Positions 1 to 33,844 are shown, numbered from the stretch's first letter. The stretch: DNA of 64,000 nucleotides from the human T2T-CHM13v2.0 reference genome, Homo sapiens (GCF_009914755.1 NC_060934.1); one strand, 5' to 3'. The notes: generated by a model from the sequence alone, not told the origin. Numbers and translations are program-made.

Positions 1-106
1 CTCACTATGTTGCCCAGGCTGGTCTCAAACTCTTGGCCCCAAGAGATCCTCCTGCTTCAGCCTCCTAAAGTGCAAGGATGATAGGCATGAGCCACTCCAC
101 CTGGCC
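1..106 (-). mobile_element. Alu left arm (cut by window edge)
   Basis: Reverse-complement Alu 5' monomer sequence. Confidence 0.9.
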
Positions 107-1882
107 TGAAATTCCATTTCTAATGGCTCTTCAGCCATTGTTGAAATTTCTTTTTTTTCTTGTGCTTGTCTGTCTCACCTACCTCTTGTTTCCAATTCAT
201 CTACAAAGTACCAAATAGACCAGGTCATAAACATAATTGAAATACATTCTTATTGGAAAGTGAGGCTATCTGAAAAGGCATAGCTGTAGGCAAATTATTG
301 CAACATGTTTACATCTTAAATAACTTTCCAACATCTTTGTTACTCCGTCTGCATGTTGATAATTTCATTTATTAAATATAGAACTTCAACTAGATGAGAT
401 CCATAAGTAATTTACTTAAGACATAAACTCAATACATATTTAATTGAATGCATACCCTTGTGTAAATAAGCTACTGATTTAATTCACATGACTAACCTAC
501 TTTCTAACATTATTACAGTGGATTTCTACTGATAACATTTCACAATAGCGTGTGTGAAAATAACCCTGAACCAGTTTTTAAAACAAAAATTATATTGACT
601 TTTTATCTGGGACATAGGACTTTATTGCACGAAACTTCCACTGACAGGGGCACAGCATTTCCTTCGCATGTGCCAACTAAATCAGTAGCTGTATGCAAAC
701 TTTAATAGATTTATAGCTACTACCTTCAATTTCACACCTTGATGCATGGAAATCTTTTTTATCTAGATTTAATACAACTGTGAGTTTTGATCTTTTATAG
801 AGATTTATGACAAGAGAATTTTGAAATAAGTTCATATAGTAGTGGCCTCTCATAGCAATGGAAGACACCTGAGAAATCACAGAGCTCAATCACTGGGGCC
901 CAGAGAGCAGATCTTAATGCTAGATTGTAATTAGAATTTCAATAGATGAAGGCCACTTTGTGTTGAGAACTGTAGGGAAACTTGATTTTCTTACCCAAAG
1001 GGTATTTTATCACTGGGAAATAAACAAGTATCAGATGCTTATACAGTATAGGCTTTCAATTCCGCTGGAACTAGTGTTAAGCATATACAAGAAGTTATAA
1101 AGGCATGGATGATTGAAATAATTAAGGAAAGTGTATTTCCACTGTATATACTACCTAGCCATGCTTACAAAGTTCATTCATGCCCTTTGCCTAGTTAGCC
1201 TCACAATTAAGCCCCAGCATAGTTTATTTTGATGTAGCTGTCTACATGTATTGGAATACTATTTTATTGCACATAGCTTCTAAACTTGCCCATAAGTATA
1301 TTGAACACCAGTTGTGTGGCACACTCAACCAAGTGAATGTAATCAATACGTAATTGCTGAAGGAGTCTGGATTTATCCAAATCAAATTATGCTCCATGTT
1401 GAGCTACCTCTTAACAGCTTTAGAAAATGATGTCATCCATTGCTCTGGAATGCAGTTCAGAAAGTCAGACTCAGTATGTCCATCAGAAATTAAATTTGTG
1501 TGTTTTCATAGAATGTATTGAGATTTATTGAAATGTTCTTGCTTTTCCTATATGTATAAAGGGGAAACTGAGTTCCTTTATTACTTCCTGAGAAGGTAGA
1601 GCTGACTTTTATGCAGGATATCATCACTATTTTTGTCTGCATTGATAGCTACAAATTTTATTATTATTTTTTTGGTACAAATTTTAATTCTCTACCTTTC
1701 AGTGTCTGGATGACTTTTTAATTCCCTATTTCTTCTGGGCTTCCAATCATATACCATTGTTTGCTTCAAAAGGGATATATTATACTCTCTCTAGTAATCC
1801 AAAGGTATTCCTAATTTTGCCACTCCTCATTTTCGCTTCTCTTTAAGGGCCTTATAGTATGTTCTAATTTCTCATTTGGTAG

Positions 1883-2373
<491 letters not shown>

Positions 2374-4108
2374 TAGGAATGTCATTATTAGATGTAAAAC
2401 ATGTTAGCTGATTTAACCCATTTATGTTTGAATGCAACTTTGAAAACCCTTGGTTAACAGTGTAAAGCTAGCTTTCCTAAAAATAGAAATTTTGTCCTTG
2501 GCAGCTGTTATGTAAGTCATGACCCTTGTCTTGTTCATGAGAAAGAAATTTTGCAGCTGTCAGATTTTCATTTTAGGAGAAACAATATTGGAAATTAATT
2601 TGGTTTCTTCTCCATTTGGCAAGGTATGAACCTTGACTAGAAACTCTACTTGTTATTTTTCTTTTTTCTCATTTTACTGAAGCTGCAATATCACTAAGCG
2701 CACTTTCATTCTTTTTACAGTGTTATTTTTCTTCTCATTTTCTTTAAATTAAAAATCTATTGCTTCCCCTTCTCTGTCCTGTCTGCATTCCTCTGATCCC
2801 CTACACAAATACACATGGTTCATTTAAAAAATAGCAACCATCCTGGTAAAGCTGTCTTTTCCATTGTGTCCTGCAAGTTCTTTTAGGTGTAACATCATAA
2901 GAAATCACAAACTTGTATTCAACTCTTTTCAGTTTTAGGCAAATTCCATTTTTAGGAATAATAGTTAAGCAGTCACAAGACCACAGGTTAATATTGAGTG
3001 CTCTCTCTCACTTTACCAATCCCAACAATGTTTAACTCTTATTTATTAGTGTTTGAGTGTTTTATTTGTGTACAAAGTTAAATATTCTAAGTTCTTCTGT
3101 ATGGCTTTACTATTTCTAATGTAAATTTACTCCATTGGAATTCTTTGGTTTTTGGCAGTAATAGGAATTATTCTGTAATCTGTGTGAGAAATATTAGGAA
3201 ATGAACTGAAAGTAATTGAAAGAGGAGGCACAAGTAAACCATCAGAAACGCTTTTGACCATAAGAAGGGGAAATTAAGGGACAGAACGGAAGAACTGTGC
3301 TCCTATCAGCAATCTGAGGGTTCGCTCTACCTGCTTAAAAGCAAGAAATATTTTTAATATTTCTTCTCTCTACTCTGTACTAATTTTATCTGAAAAATTG
3401 CTGCTGAAACTTAGGAGCCATTTTGAAAGCAACGGTAGTAATCAAAGGTATAATCCTCATGCTATATAATGTTTTAGATTACCAACTGCTTTACTATGTG
3501 GAGCGTTTTCTGCCCGTTACTGAGGGTTAGATGGAGAACACTGTTCCCATCTTAGAGGTGAGGAACCTACAGATGGCAAGAATAGCATATGGCTGGCTCC
3601 AAGTCACACAGCAAGTCAATCAATCGGAGACTAAAATATTTATTACCTGTAGACTGCTAAATTTCTGCATCATGAACAATGACTTGGAGAGAATGTTGCT
3701 GAGCAGAAATTTTGTCACACCTGATCTGAGAATATAAAATTTGTTCATTTGCAAAACATGCTTCTGAAATATTTTGTTTCCATTATTTATTTAGCCAGCT
3801 AGTTTCTTATGGGTACTAAAGAAGGTCTCCCAAATTACCTAAATTCCACAATAGGGCTTAGATTTATGAAGTTTTATATTTTTTCCTCCTTATAAAAAGC
3901 TCTTTTTATAAAGAATATCCATGTAATACTAAAACGGGGAAATCTCCTAAATAATATATTTTTTAATATTACTTTTTTAAAAAGCTAGGGTGAGCACCTC
4001 ACAATCAAAATTTAATGTATTTGTCATATTGAAATGCAGGGTTTTTTGAAGGAAACATGGTAGGTAAACATTTTAGTTCCCAACTCCTGATCGTTAAAAT
4101 GCAAAATT

Positions 4109-4404
4109 GGGCCTGGTGTGGTGGCTCACGCCTGTAATCCCAGCACTTTGGGAGACCAAGGCGGGTGGATCACGAGGTCAGGAGTTCAAGACCAGCCTGG
4201 CCTAGATGGTGAAATCCCCGTCTCTACTAAAAATACAAAAATTAGCCGGGCATGGTGGCAGACGCCTGTAACCCCAGCTACTTGGTAGGCTGAGGCAGAG
4301 AATTGCTTGAACCCAGGAGGCGGAGGTTGCATTGAGCCGAGATTGTGCCACTGGACTCCAGCCTGGGTGACAGAGTGAGACTCCATCTCAAAAAAAAAAA
4401 AAAA
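4109..4404 (+). mobile_element. AluS element
   Basis: Full dimeric Alu with A tail, flanked by an aatgcaaaattg / aaagcaaaattg duplication. Confidence 0.95.
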
Positions 4405-4762
4405 GCAAAATTGTTGGCATCTCTAAGACAGAGCAAGACTCCCTCTCTAAGAGATAGTAGTGTCTCCCACTTAATTGAATTCGTTTTGTTTTGTTTGCTT
4501 TGCTTTGATTCTTGCCACGTAAAATCTGTGGGTCTTGACCCAGAGATTTGCTCAGACAGTTAAGAAAAATAATAAGATGTATTTGTAAATTTTTACATAA
4601 TGAAAAATGAGATGTATTTGTAAAATTTTAAAATAACCTCTTTATAAATACGTTTGTAAATATAAAGAGGTAGGATGTTTTGGCTAATTAGCACATTCTG
4701 GGTCATACACACACACACACAAACAGGCCAAACACTCTAGATAGTCAAATAAATTCCCCTTT

Positions 4763-4800
4763 TGGTGATTCAGTTCAGTAATGGTGATTCAGTTCAGTAA
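4763..4800. repeat. Perfect 19-bp tandem duplication (TGGTGATTCAGTTCAGTAA)x2
   Basis: Read directly: 4763-4781 and 4782-4800. Confidence 0.95.
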
Positions 4801-5975
4801 CTGCCTATCCTCATCAATGCTTGTTTGTGATGATGAAATAGTTGACAACCGGGACTTTACAAAAATAGCTCCTGAAAAAAATTAAATATTTTATTGCAAT
4901 ATATGTTCATATTTTTTTTAACTTTTATGAAATAACATTGTGATAGGTGCTTTAAGAAAAATATTTTTCCAGAAGTGGTTTATAGTATAAACTAAGGGCA
5001 GTTTTTACATTGTGATGTGTGGGTGGATGGTCATATTTAGTTAGGTTATTAAGAAATCATGAAGTGTTCCCTAACAAGAAACTTGCAAAGCTATTTGGCA
5101 GGAAGAAAATCATTAACTTCTAGTTTATTTATTTTTTTTCTCATGCTATACGCTTAATTACCAAGTAAATTCACTTGCATACCATTACCTTAATTCAAAG
5201 GAGAAGCCAGAATGTTTATCATTGGTGGGAGTAAAATATACACAGATTCTTTACCATGGTGAAATAGAATAATACTGAATTCCCAATACAGAAATACTAA
5301 TTTCATAAGCTAATATTCCTATCTTTTAGCTGACTTCTTTCTCTCTTCAGGATATATTTACTATTTATTATTTACCTTTGAATTTTTGATTTGGGGGATT
5401 TTTACCTATTGCCATCCTACTATCTTAAGTATCCTGTACAATGAAATATCTTAGCAAGGAAACACTTTTAAAACTTCACAAATATCCAATTTCATTCTTA
5501 ACATATGGGGGAAGCAGTAAAAGAAAAAGCACTTCACCACGTAGAAGAGAAAGTGATCATTTTAATTAAGATAATTTCAATTCATTATCAACATTTAATC
5601 CTCTGCAAACAAGGGAACACTTACTAGCAGTACTTGAAGACTTGTGAGTTGGAATTGCATGTTACTTGAAAGATCTAATTAAGCTAAATTTTGGTGCACA
5701 GCAGGTTGTACATGATTTCATGTTTATGTAGCAAAATGCATTGAAATGTATTAGTGTTGAAACATACATGTAAAGGTAGTTGTGGAAATTGTTATATTTT
5801 CCTTGTGTGTCATTTATTTAGAGCATAAAGGTTTTTTTTATTCAGCCTAACTGAATAAGGCTAAATGAATACTGTAATTGAAAATATATTTTAAATCTTT
5901 GTCATGAGTTTTTTTAAAAAAAACTATTGCAAATTGTATCATTCCTGATTACACAGAACTTTGTGGGTGGTTTTA

Positions 5976-5981
5976 AATAAA
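5976..5981 (+). terminator. Candidate polyadenylation signal AATAAA (second copy at 6059-6064)
   Basis: AATAAA with upstream TGTA motifs (about 5873, 5935) and a downstream U-rich element (6015-6028), located where unique sequence gives way to repeats. Confidence 0.55.
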
Positions 5982-6429
5982 TTTTATACTTCTATTTTGC
6001 ACCTGATAGTCTAATTTTTCTTTCCTTCTAAAAATCACATTTAAAAGTTTTAATATTCAATAAAATTCACACATTTTAACTACAAAGGACTATAAGATTT
6101 AATATTTGGAGATGACTAAATGTATGCATGTGCTCACCATAAAACCAAAATGGCTAGCATTTGTGAAATCCTCATTATGTGCCAGAAACCTTACATTTTA
6201 TGTAAATTATGTAATTCCCATGGTGATTCTATTAAGGACTCTTATCAGCCTCATTACATAGATCTATTCTGAGGCTTGAAGTTATTAAGTTCACAGCCCT
6301 AGTAATTGGCAGAGCTGTTACTCTACTCATGTCCTTACTTGGCTTTATAATTGTTTCAATAAACTTAATACTTTTCCTTAAGTCTGCTAAATTTAAATTT
6401 AATTCTGAATGCAGTTTGCCAATATATTT

Positions 6430-17958
<11,529 letters not shown>

Positions 17959-18148
17959 AGTATTATCTTTTCTACAAGCTATTAATTGCCTTCAGCTCAA
18001 AGTAATTGTTACGTCAAAGAGGCATGTTTTGTGATGACATATTCTGGTTTCCTTCAACTCACAGCAGCATTATTCATACTAGCCCCAAAGTAGAAAAACT
18101 TAATAGATGAACTAATGAGTGGATAAGCAAAATGTGGTATATCTATTG

Positions 18149-20963
<2,815 letters not shown>

Positions 20964-21129
20964 TGACGCCATCTAGGCTCACTGCAACCTCCGTCTCTCA
21001 GGCTCAAGTGATCCTCCTACCTCAGCCTCCAGAATAGCTGGTACTACAGGGTGCATGCCACCACACCTGGCTAATTTTTGTTTTTGTTTTTTTTTTGTAG
21101 AGATGGGGTCTTGCCATGTTGCCCAGGCT

Positions 21130-24135
<3,006 letters not shown>

Positions 24136-24232
24136 TGTGGCCGGGCGCGGTGGCTCACGTCTTTAATCCCAATACTTTGGGAGGCCGAGGCGGGTGGATC
24201 ACGAGGTCAGGAGATCGAGACCATCCTGGCTA

Positions 24233-24795
<563 letters not shown>

Positions 24796-24804
24796 TTTTT
24801 TTGA

Positions 24805-24909
<105 letters not shown>

Positions 24910-25178
24910 TGAGTAGCGGGATTATAGGCATGCGCCACCACGCCTGGCTAATTTTTGTATTTTTAGTAGAGGTGGGGTTTCACTTTGTTGGCCAGACTGG
25001 TCTTGAACTCCTGACCTCAGGTGATCCACCTGCCTCGGCCTCCCAAAGGGCTGGGATTACAGGCGTGAGCCACCGTGCCCAGCCTGAATTGTGCTTTAAG
25101 ATATTTTAAATAGTGAATTGTATGTTAAGTAAATTTTATGTCAATTTTTAAGACGAGTTAAGAATGTTACAGGGTATA

Positions 25179-26090
<912 letters not shown>

Positions 26091-26158
26091 AAGAATGTTA
26101 CGGGGCATATCCTTTCTCTCAAATAATGGAACGAGGTTAAAAAAAAAAGGTTAAACAT

Positions 26159-26199
26159 AAAATGGCGGCGGGCTGGATCGGATCACGTGACCGCCATTT
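26159..26199. promoter_or_regulatory. YY1 site (AAAATGGCGGC), E-box (ATCACGTGAC), inverted YY1 site (CCGCCATTT)
   Basis: Motifs at 26159-26169, 26182-26191 and 26191-26199 match the YY1 and USF/MiT-TFE consensus sequences. Confidence 0.75.
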
Positions 26200-26430
26200 C
26201 TTTCCTTCCCACCCAAAGGAAAGCCCTTCCTTCAGAGCAAGCGCAAGACATATAGCCCCGCTCATTGTTAAGCGAGGCCAAGGCAACCCTTAGGCGCGCT
26301 CTATTTCCCCTTTCGTAGCGAAAGGGCCAGGCGTATTGAGCGGTCAGGGGAGCGCGCACGCAGAACGTCAGCCAGTAAGCGCCGTTCCTCCGGGAGATGT
26401 GGAGGAGGGGGGCGGCGTGGAGGAAGAGGG

Positions 26431-26449
26431 GGAAGTTGGCGCATGCGCC
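26431..26449. promoter_or_regulatory. ETS core (GGAAGT) adjacent to a perfect NRF1 palindrome (GCGCATGCGC)
   Basis: GGAAGT at 26431-26436 and the 12-bp palindrome GGCGCATGCGCC at 26438-26449, just upstream of exon 1. Confidence 0.8.
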
Positions 26450-26454
26450 TAAAG

Positions 26455-26500
26455 CTGACGGGTTTGAAATGGCTTCGATGTTAGCCGGGACCCGACTCAG
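26455..26500 (+). other. CCAR1: CCAR1 exon 1 (5' UTR; start approximate)
   Basis: Donor CAG|GTGAAG at 26500/26501 within the CpG island. The TSS cannot be fixed from sequence alone. Confidence 0.75.
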
Positions 26501-27722
26501 GTGAAGGTCTGGTCCCCGTAGTTGGAGCAGTGGGCGGCCAAGCCGGGTCTCTTAACATCTTGTCGAATCTGTGGAAGGGCCGGGAGCGATCTTTTGGGTA
26601 GCCCGGCGGCCCCGGGCGGCGACGGTGGGGCTCTTGTGGGACTGGGACGGGAGGGACGCGGTCCCTTTTGTGCGGGTCGGAGCAGGCCCGGCGCGGCCAG
26701 CCCCACCCCCACCGCTCGGCTCCTCAGGTGCCCCCAGCGCCCCTCAGCCTCGGCATGGCGACGCTGCAGTCCGCCGCCCCATTGCTCCCGAGCCGCTGCG
26801 GTTTTACCCTCCTGGCCCCCCGGCCCGGGACATCGTGGCGGCTCCCGGCGGCGTGGGTCTTGGGGAATAGAGGCTTTCTCCGTGCGTGGTAAACGAGCCC
26901 AGGGCTCTCGGGAGCCATCGAGTGTCGTGGGGCGGTGGGTTCCGCCTTCCGTCGCCGGCGGCCGGCACGGAGCTGGGACTGGAGGAAGATGGACGGCCGA
27001 GCTCTGGTCCTTGAGGGTCGTGGCGGCCGAGGAGGGGGTGCACGGGCGGAGAATCTTCGCCTTTTCTGGTTTATCTTGGGGGGAGGGGTTTTCCCAGTGG
27101 TTCTTTAAGGGACATCCATTATCTCAACGGCCTTTTCCTTCGAGGTCGGGGTTGGAAAAGAAGCCCCCTAGGTTCCTTTTCTACTTTGGAAAGTAGAGAT
27201 GTTCGTTATTTAAATGATATCTTTAAATACCTGTGATGGGGGTCTTGTCCCAGTATCCGTTATTGGTTTTAACATTACCCTGGCCTCACTCCCCAACCCA
27301 TTGCCAGAAGAAACACGCAGGCTGTATTTCCTGTGAATATAAAGTTGTGAACTTTTTGTTAACAATTGGGTGGATACAGCAGATGGTCTTCGTTTAAATG
27401 TGACAACTTGTAGTCCCAGAAAGGAGTGCTTTTTCTGAGTCTCCCTCTAATGTTATCTTGTAAAATAGGGCATTTTTGGTGATCTACTTGATGTAAAATG
27501 TTTTTGCTGCATTTTGGATGTTCATTTGCCCTTTTTCTACTTAACAGTTGTTATTTCTGCTGAAATCTGCGAAGACGTCCTCGACACATTAAACATTTCT
27601 TTCTATTGTAATATCCTTTTGTGATATCTGTAGCTTGGTTGGACTTTAAAATGTGGATCCTTTTCTTGATAGATCGATGCTATAGAAGACAAACAAGGGA
27701 AGGTTTTTTTTCCTTTTGCATC

Positions 27723-27795
27723 ATGGCTCAATTTGGAGGACAGAAGAATCCGCCATGGGCTACTCAGTTTACAGCCACTGCAGTATCACAGCCAG
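27723..27795 (+). CDS. CCAR1: CCAR1 exon 2 coding part, MAQFGGQKNPPWATQFTATAVSQP (exon begins at 27673)
   Basis: Recognised N-terminus of cell division cycle and apoptosis regulator 1. Acceptor TAG|ATC at 27672/3, donor CAG|GTCAGG, phase 1. Confidence 0.97.
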
Positions 27796-28029
27796 GTCAG
27801 GCTTCTAAATACATGTACTGTAATTGTTTGTGGGGGACTTGTTAAAACTACGTGAATTAGGGCCGGGGGTGGTGGCTCACGCCTGTTATCCTAGCACTTT
27901 GGGAAGCGGAGGAGGTGGATCACGAGGTCAGGAGTTCGTAACCAGCCTGGCCAACATGGTGAAACCCCGTCTCTACTAAAAATACTAAAATTAGCCGGGC
28001 CTGGTGGCACGCGCCCATAATCCTAGCTA

Positions 28030-28165
<136 letters not shown>

Positions 28166-28301
28166 TTAGGCTGTTCTGATATTCTGATATTGTAAAGTGT
28201 TTGCAAATTGTGAATTCATTAACTTTCTCTGTGAAGCTCCTTTAAAAATCCATAGATCAACTAACAAGCTGTTTTACATAGTAGTTTGGACAGTTTTGTA
28301 G

Positions 28302-28463
<162 letters not shown>

Positions 28464-28803
28464 TGAGTAGCTGGGACTACAGGCACCCGCCACCACGCCC
28501 GGCTAATTTTTTTTTTTTTTGTATTTTTAGTAGAGACGGGGTTTCACCGTCTTAGCCAGGATGGTCTCGATCTCCTGACCTTGCGATATGCCCGCCTCGG
28601 CCTCCCGAAGTGCTGGGATTACAGGCGTAAACCACCGCACCCGGCAGTTTTGTAGTTTTTTAATACCTTAGATTAACTTTTAATTGATTTAATTCTGTTA
28701 GAGTTTAGCTACTCATTCATTACAATATACTGTATTTGGCATGTTAAGTTGTCAGTATTAATGAGTTATGTTTAAAAGTAAATGGGCCGGGCGCGGTGAC
28801 TCA

Positions 28804-29373
<570 letters not shown>

Positions 29374-31276
29374 TCAGAAAAAAAAAAATGTATTTAGGCT
29401 AGGTGAGGTGTCTCATGCCTGTAATCCCAGCATTTTGGGAGGCCAAGGTGGGCAGATCACCTGAGGTCAGGAGTTCGGAGACCAGCCTGGCTGACATGGT
29501 GAAATCCTATGTCTACCTAAAAAATATAAAAGTTAGCTTGGCGTGTTTGTGCAAGCCTGTAATCCCAGCTACTCATGAGGCTGAGGCAGGAGAAGTACTT
29601 GAACCGGGGAGGCAGAGGTTGAGTGAGCTGATATCGCAACGCTACACTCCAGTCTGGGTGATAAAGGGAGACTCTCCCCAAAAAAATTGAGTCGGAGGTC
29701 TCACTTTGTTACCCAGGTGGATCTTGAACTTTTGGGCTCACGCGATCCTCCCATCTTGGCCTCCTAAAGTGCTGGGATTACAGGTGTGAACCACCAGGAC
29801 TAGCCAGTTGTTTGAATTTAAAGTTGAAAAACTACATTCAAAAAAAAAAATCACCTGGACCTGGTGTTATGTACCTGTGGTTCTAGCTATTCAGGGAGGT
29901 TGAGGTAGAAGGATTGCTTGAGCCAGGGAGGTCAAGGTTGCAGTGAGCCATGATGGTGCCATTGCACTACAGTCTGAGTGAGACCTGGTCTCAAAAAAGG
30001 TAAAGAAAAAGAAAGAAAACCAACTCTAAAGAATTTAGTTACTAGACAAAGGAAAAAGATAGTTGTAAAAGCTGCTGGATGCAGTGGCTCACTCCTGTAA
30101 TCCCAGCACTTTGGGAGGCCAAGGCGGGCAGATCACCTGAGGTTGGGAGTTCAAGACCAGCCTGACAAACATGGAGAAACCCCGTCTCTACTAAAAATAC
30201 AAAATTAGCCTGGCGTGGTGGCACGTGTCTGTAATCCCAACTACTTGGGATGCTGAAGCAGGAAAATCTCTTGAACCCGGCGGAGGTTGCGGTGAGCTCA
30301 GATGCTCAGATTGCGCCATTGCGCTCTAGCCTGGGCAACGAGAGAAACTCCGTCTCAAAAAAAAAAAATAGTTGTAAAAGCAGTAAAAGAACATTTACAT
30401 TTTCAAAATAAAGTCAACAAGGCCCGGTGCAGCACTTTGGGAGGCGGAGGTGGGCATATCACTGAGGTCGGGAGTTCGAGACCAGCTTGACCAACACAGT
30501 GAAACCTCCTCTCTACTAAAAATACAAAAATTAGACGGGCGTGGCAGAGGTTGCAGTGAGCCGAGATGGCACCACTGTACTCCAGCCTGAGCAGCAGAGT
30601 GAGACTCCAGCTCAAAAAAAAATAAATAAAAATAAAGTCAACAAAACGTCATTTTCAAAGTAAATAGAAAATGTTATTGAAGCTTTAAATTCTTCCCAAT
30701 CTTTTTAGGAAGAATTTTTTTTTTTGGTCATTTTTTGACTTATTTGTTGAATCTCAAAAGCTTTAACTCCTGTAGATTCAGAATTTTTTACTTGAATGAA
30801 ACCAGTTGTGTTTAGGGATTTCAAATAAGTTTCCCAAGAATTCTACAGAATGAGATTTTGATTGTCTTTTAATTTGAATATATTTTTATTTATTTTATAT
30901 CTCTTACTCTTTGCTGCATTTTACTTGCTTAAAATATCTTTTTTAATTCGAGGTCAATTTCGGAGACACTGTGATCTTCTAACTTCAGTGTTCCAAAATT
31001 TGATGGAAATGATTAGTTATCTTGGTGACCTTTCTCTTTAAAGACGTGGAGACCTGGCACAGTGGCTCATGTATGTAATCCCAGCACTTTGGGAGGCTGA
31101 GGCAGGAGGATCAGTTGCATCCAGGAGTCCAAGACCAGCCTGGGCAATATAACGAAACCCCATCTGCAGAAACTCAAAAATTAGCCAGGTGTGGTAGAGC
31201 ACGCCTGTAGTCCCAGCTATTGGGGAGGCTGAGGCGTGAAGATCGCTTAAACCTTGGGAGGTCTAGGCTACAGTGA

Positions 31277-31574
<298 letters not shown>

Positions 31575-32307
31575 TAGCCAAGATGGTCTTGATCTCCTGA
31601 CCTTGTGATCCGCCCACCTCGGCCTCCCAAAGTGCTGGGATTACAGGCGTGAGCCACTGCGCCTGGCTCTTGACATGCTTAAACCTTTGTATCCTAATCC
31701 ACAGTGCTTACCATAGATCCTTACTTCCCTAAGGAAGCTTTTCTCCTCCCATCTCTGGCTTGGTGGTGATACTCTATCTTTAGTAGTATTATTTTAAATT
31801 CTAACTGCTTACTTTTATTTGTTTTTCTCTCTTAGTTACTATGTGTGATAATCCTTATTTTTCCTCCAGCTCCAGTGCATCCATCAGATCTGATATTCCT
31901 AAAACATAGTTTCTGTCAAAATCACAGAATTTTGGCTGGGCGTGGTGACTCATGCCTGTAATCCCAGCACTTTGGGAGGCCAAGGCAGGCAGATCACGAG
32001 GTCAGGAGTCCGAGACCAGCTTGGCCAACATGGTGAAACCCCGTCTCTACTAAAAATACAAAAATTAGCCGGACATAGTGGTGTGCATCTGTAATCCCAG
32101 CTATTCGGGAGGCTGAGGCAGGAGAATCACTTGAACCTGGAGGCAGAGGTTGCAGTGAGCCCAGATCGTGCCACTGCACTCCAGCCTGGGTGATGAGCAA
32201 GACTTCCTCTCAAAAAAAAATAAAAATAAAAAAATAAATTCACAGAATTTTTTTCAAAGCTGGATCAGGCCTAAACTAGATTTTTTTTTTTGTTTTTTTT
32301 TTTTTGA

Positions 32308-32559
<252 letters not shown>

Positions 32560-33844
32560 TAAGCTAGATTCTATCCCAACTTAATTCTCTAAGAGATGAG
32601 GAAATTGAGGCCAAGGACGGTGAAAAAAATTTGTTTACGTCTCACAGGAGGTCATAGCAGAGTCAGTGTTAGGACCTCAGAATTGTGGTTCATTTTATCT
32701 TCTATTTCTTCATTTTCTCATTCGTCTGCAAAAGTATCTTCAAAGAGTTTTAGAATACAGTTCAGATTCTAGGATGGTATTCAAGGTCTTATTTTTGTGG
32801 CCCTGTTTTTCATTTTTCTCACCCCTTGAAATATATTCTTAATATTTACCGTATTTTTCCATATCCTACCTGAAGTGCTTTGATACGTCTTCAGTGACAG
32901 CCATTCTAGGGACCAGAGCTTTTAGTTTTGAAAATTTCTGTTGTGTAAAGAGACGTTGAGAGAAATGGCCAATGACTCACCAGTCAGTGACCAGTCAATC
33001 AAATCTTTAAGTAGCCCTTATATCAATTATCTTATTTTATTTTTTTGAACATGGAGTCTCGCTCTGTCTGCTCAGGCTGGAGTCTGTCTCACTCTGCCTA
33101 GGCTGGAGTTCAGTGGCATGATCTCAGCTCACTGTAACTTCTGCCTCCAGGGTTCAAGCAATTCTCCTGCCTCAGCCTCCTGAATATCTGGGGCTATAGG
33201 CTTGCTACCATACCCGGCTAATTTTTGTATATTTAGTAGAGACACGGTTTCACCATGTTGTCCAGGCTGCTCTTGAACTTCTGACCTCAGGTAATCCATC
33301 CGCCTTGGCCTCCCAAAATGCTGGGATTACAGGTGTGAGCCACTGTGCCCGGCCTTAGATCAATTATTGATTATAGAGGTACCTTCAGTATATTTGATGA
33401 AAAATATTTACATGTGTATCTGTATTTAAACTATTAAAATATGGAGGTGGATTTACCAGATTCAGACCTATTGTCACCCATTTCATATATTTTTTTAAAC
33501 ATCCATTTCATTTTTTGATTTTTTTTTTTTAATCTTTTTAGCTAAGGGAAAAAGACATCCAAAAATAATCCTGGAGGTTTTTTTTTCCGTTGTTTTTGTT
33601 TGTTTGTTTTTTGAGACAGGGTCTCACTTTGTTGCCTAGGCTGGTCTCAAATTTCTGCCTTCAAGGGATCACTCAGCCTATGAATGGTGTCTTCAACTGC
33701 CTAAGGGGATTGGCCAACAGTTATTTGAATTGTAGTAAGAAGAGGCTATTGCCAGGAGCACTAGTCCTCACTTCCAAAGGACTTCTGTCTGAGAGCGGAA
33801 GAGCTGTCATCTGTTAGGACATTATAGAGAGTATAAGAACCTCA

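Larger units (their letters stand above)
26159..27070 (+). promoter_or_regulatory. CCAR1: CpG island / CCAR1 promoter and start of intron 1
   Basis: Abrupt rise in GC and CpG density in non-repetitive sequence surrounding exon 1. Confidence 0.92.

Noticed and set aside
26522-27196. 224-aa ORF and overlapping ORFs in the CpG island
   Set aside because: Non-ATG start, inside intron 1, and low-complexity G/P/R/A composition expected from stop-poor GC-rich DNA.
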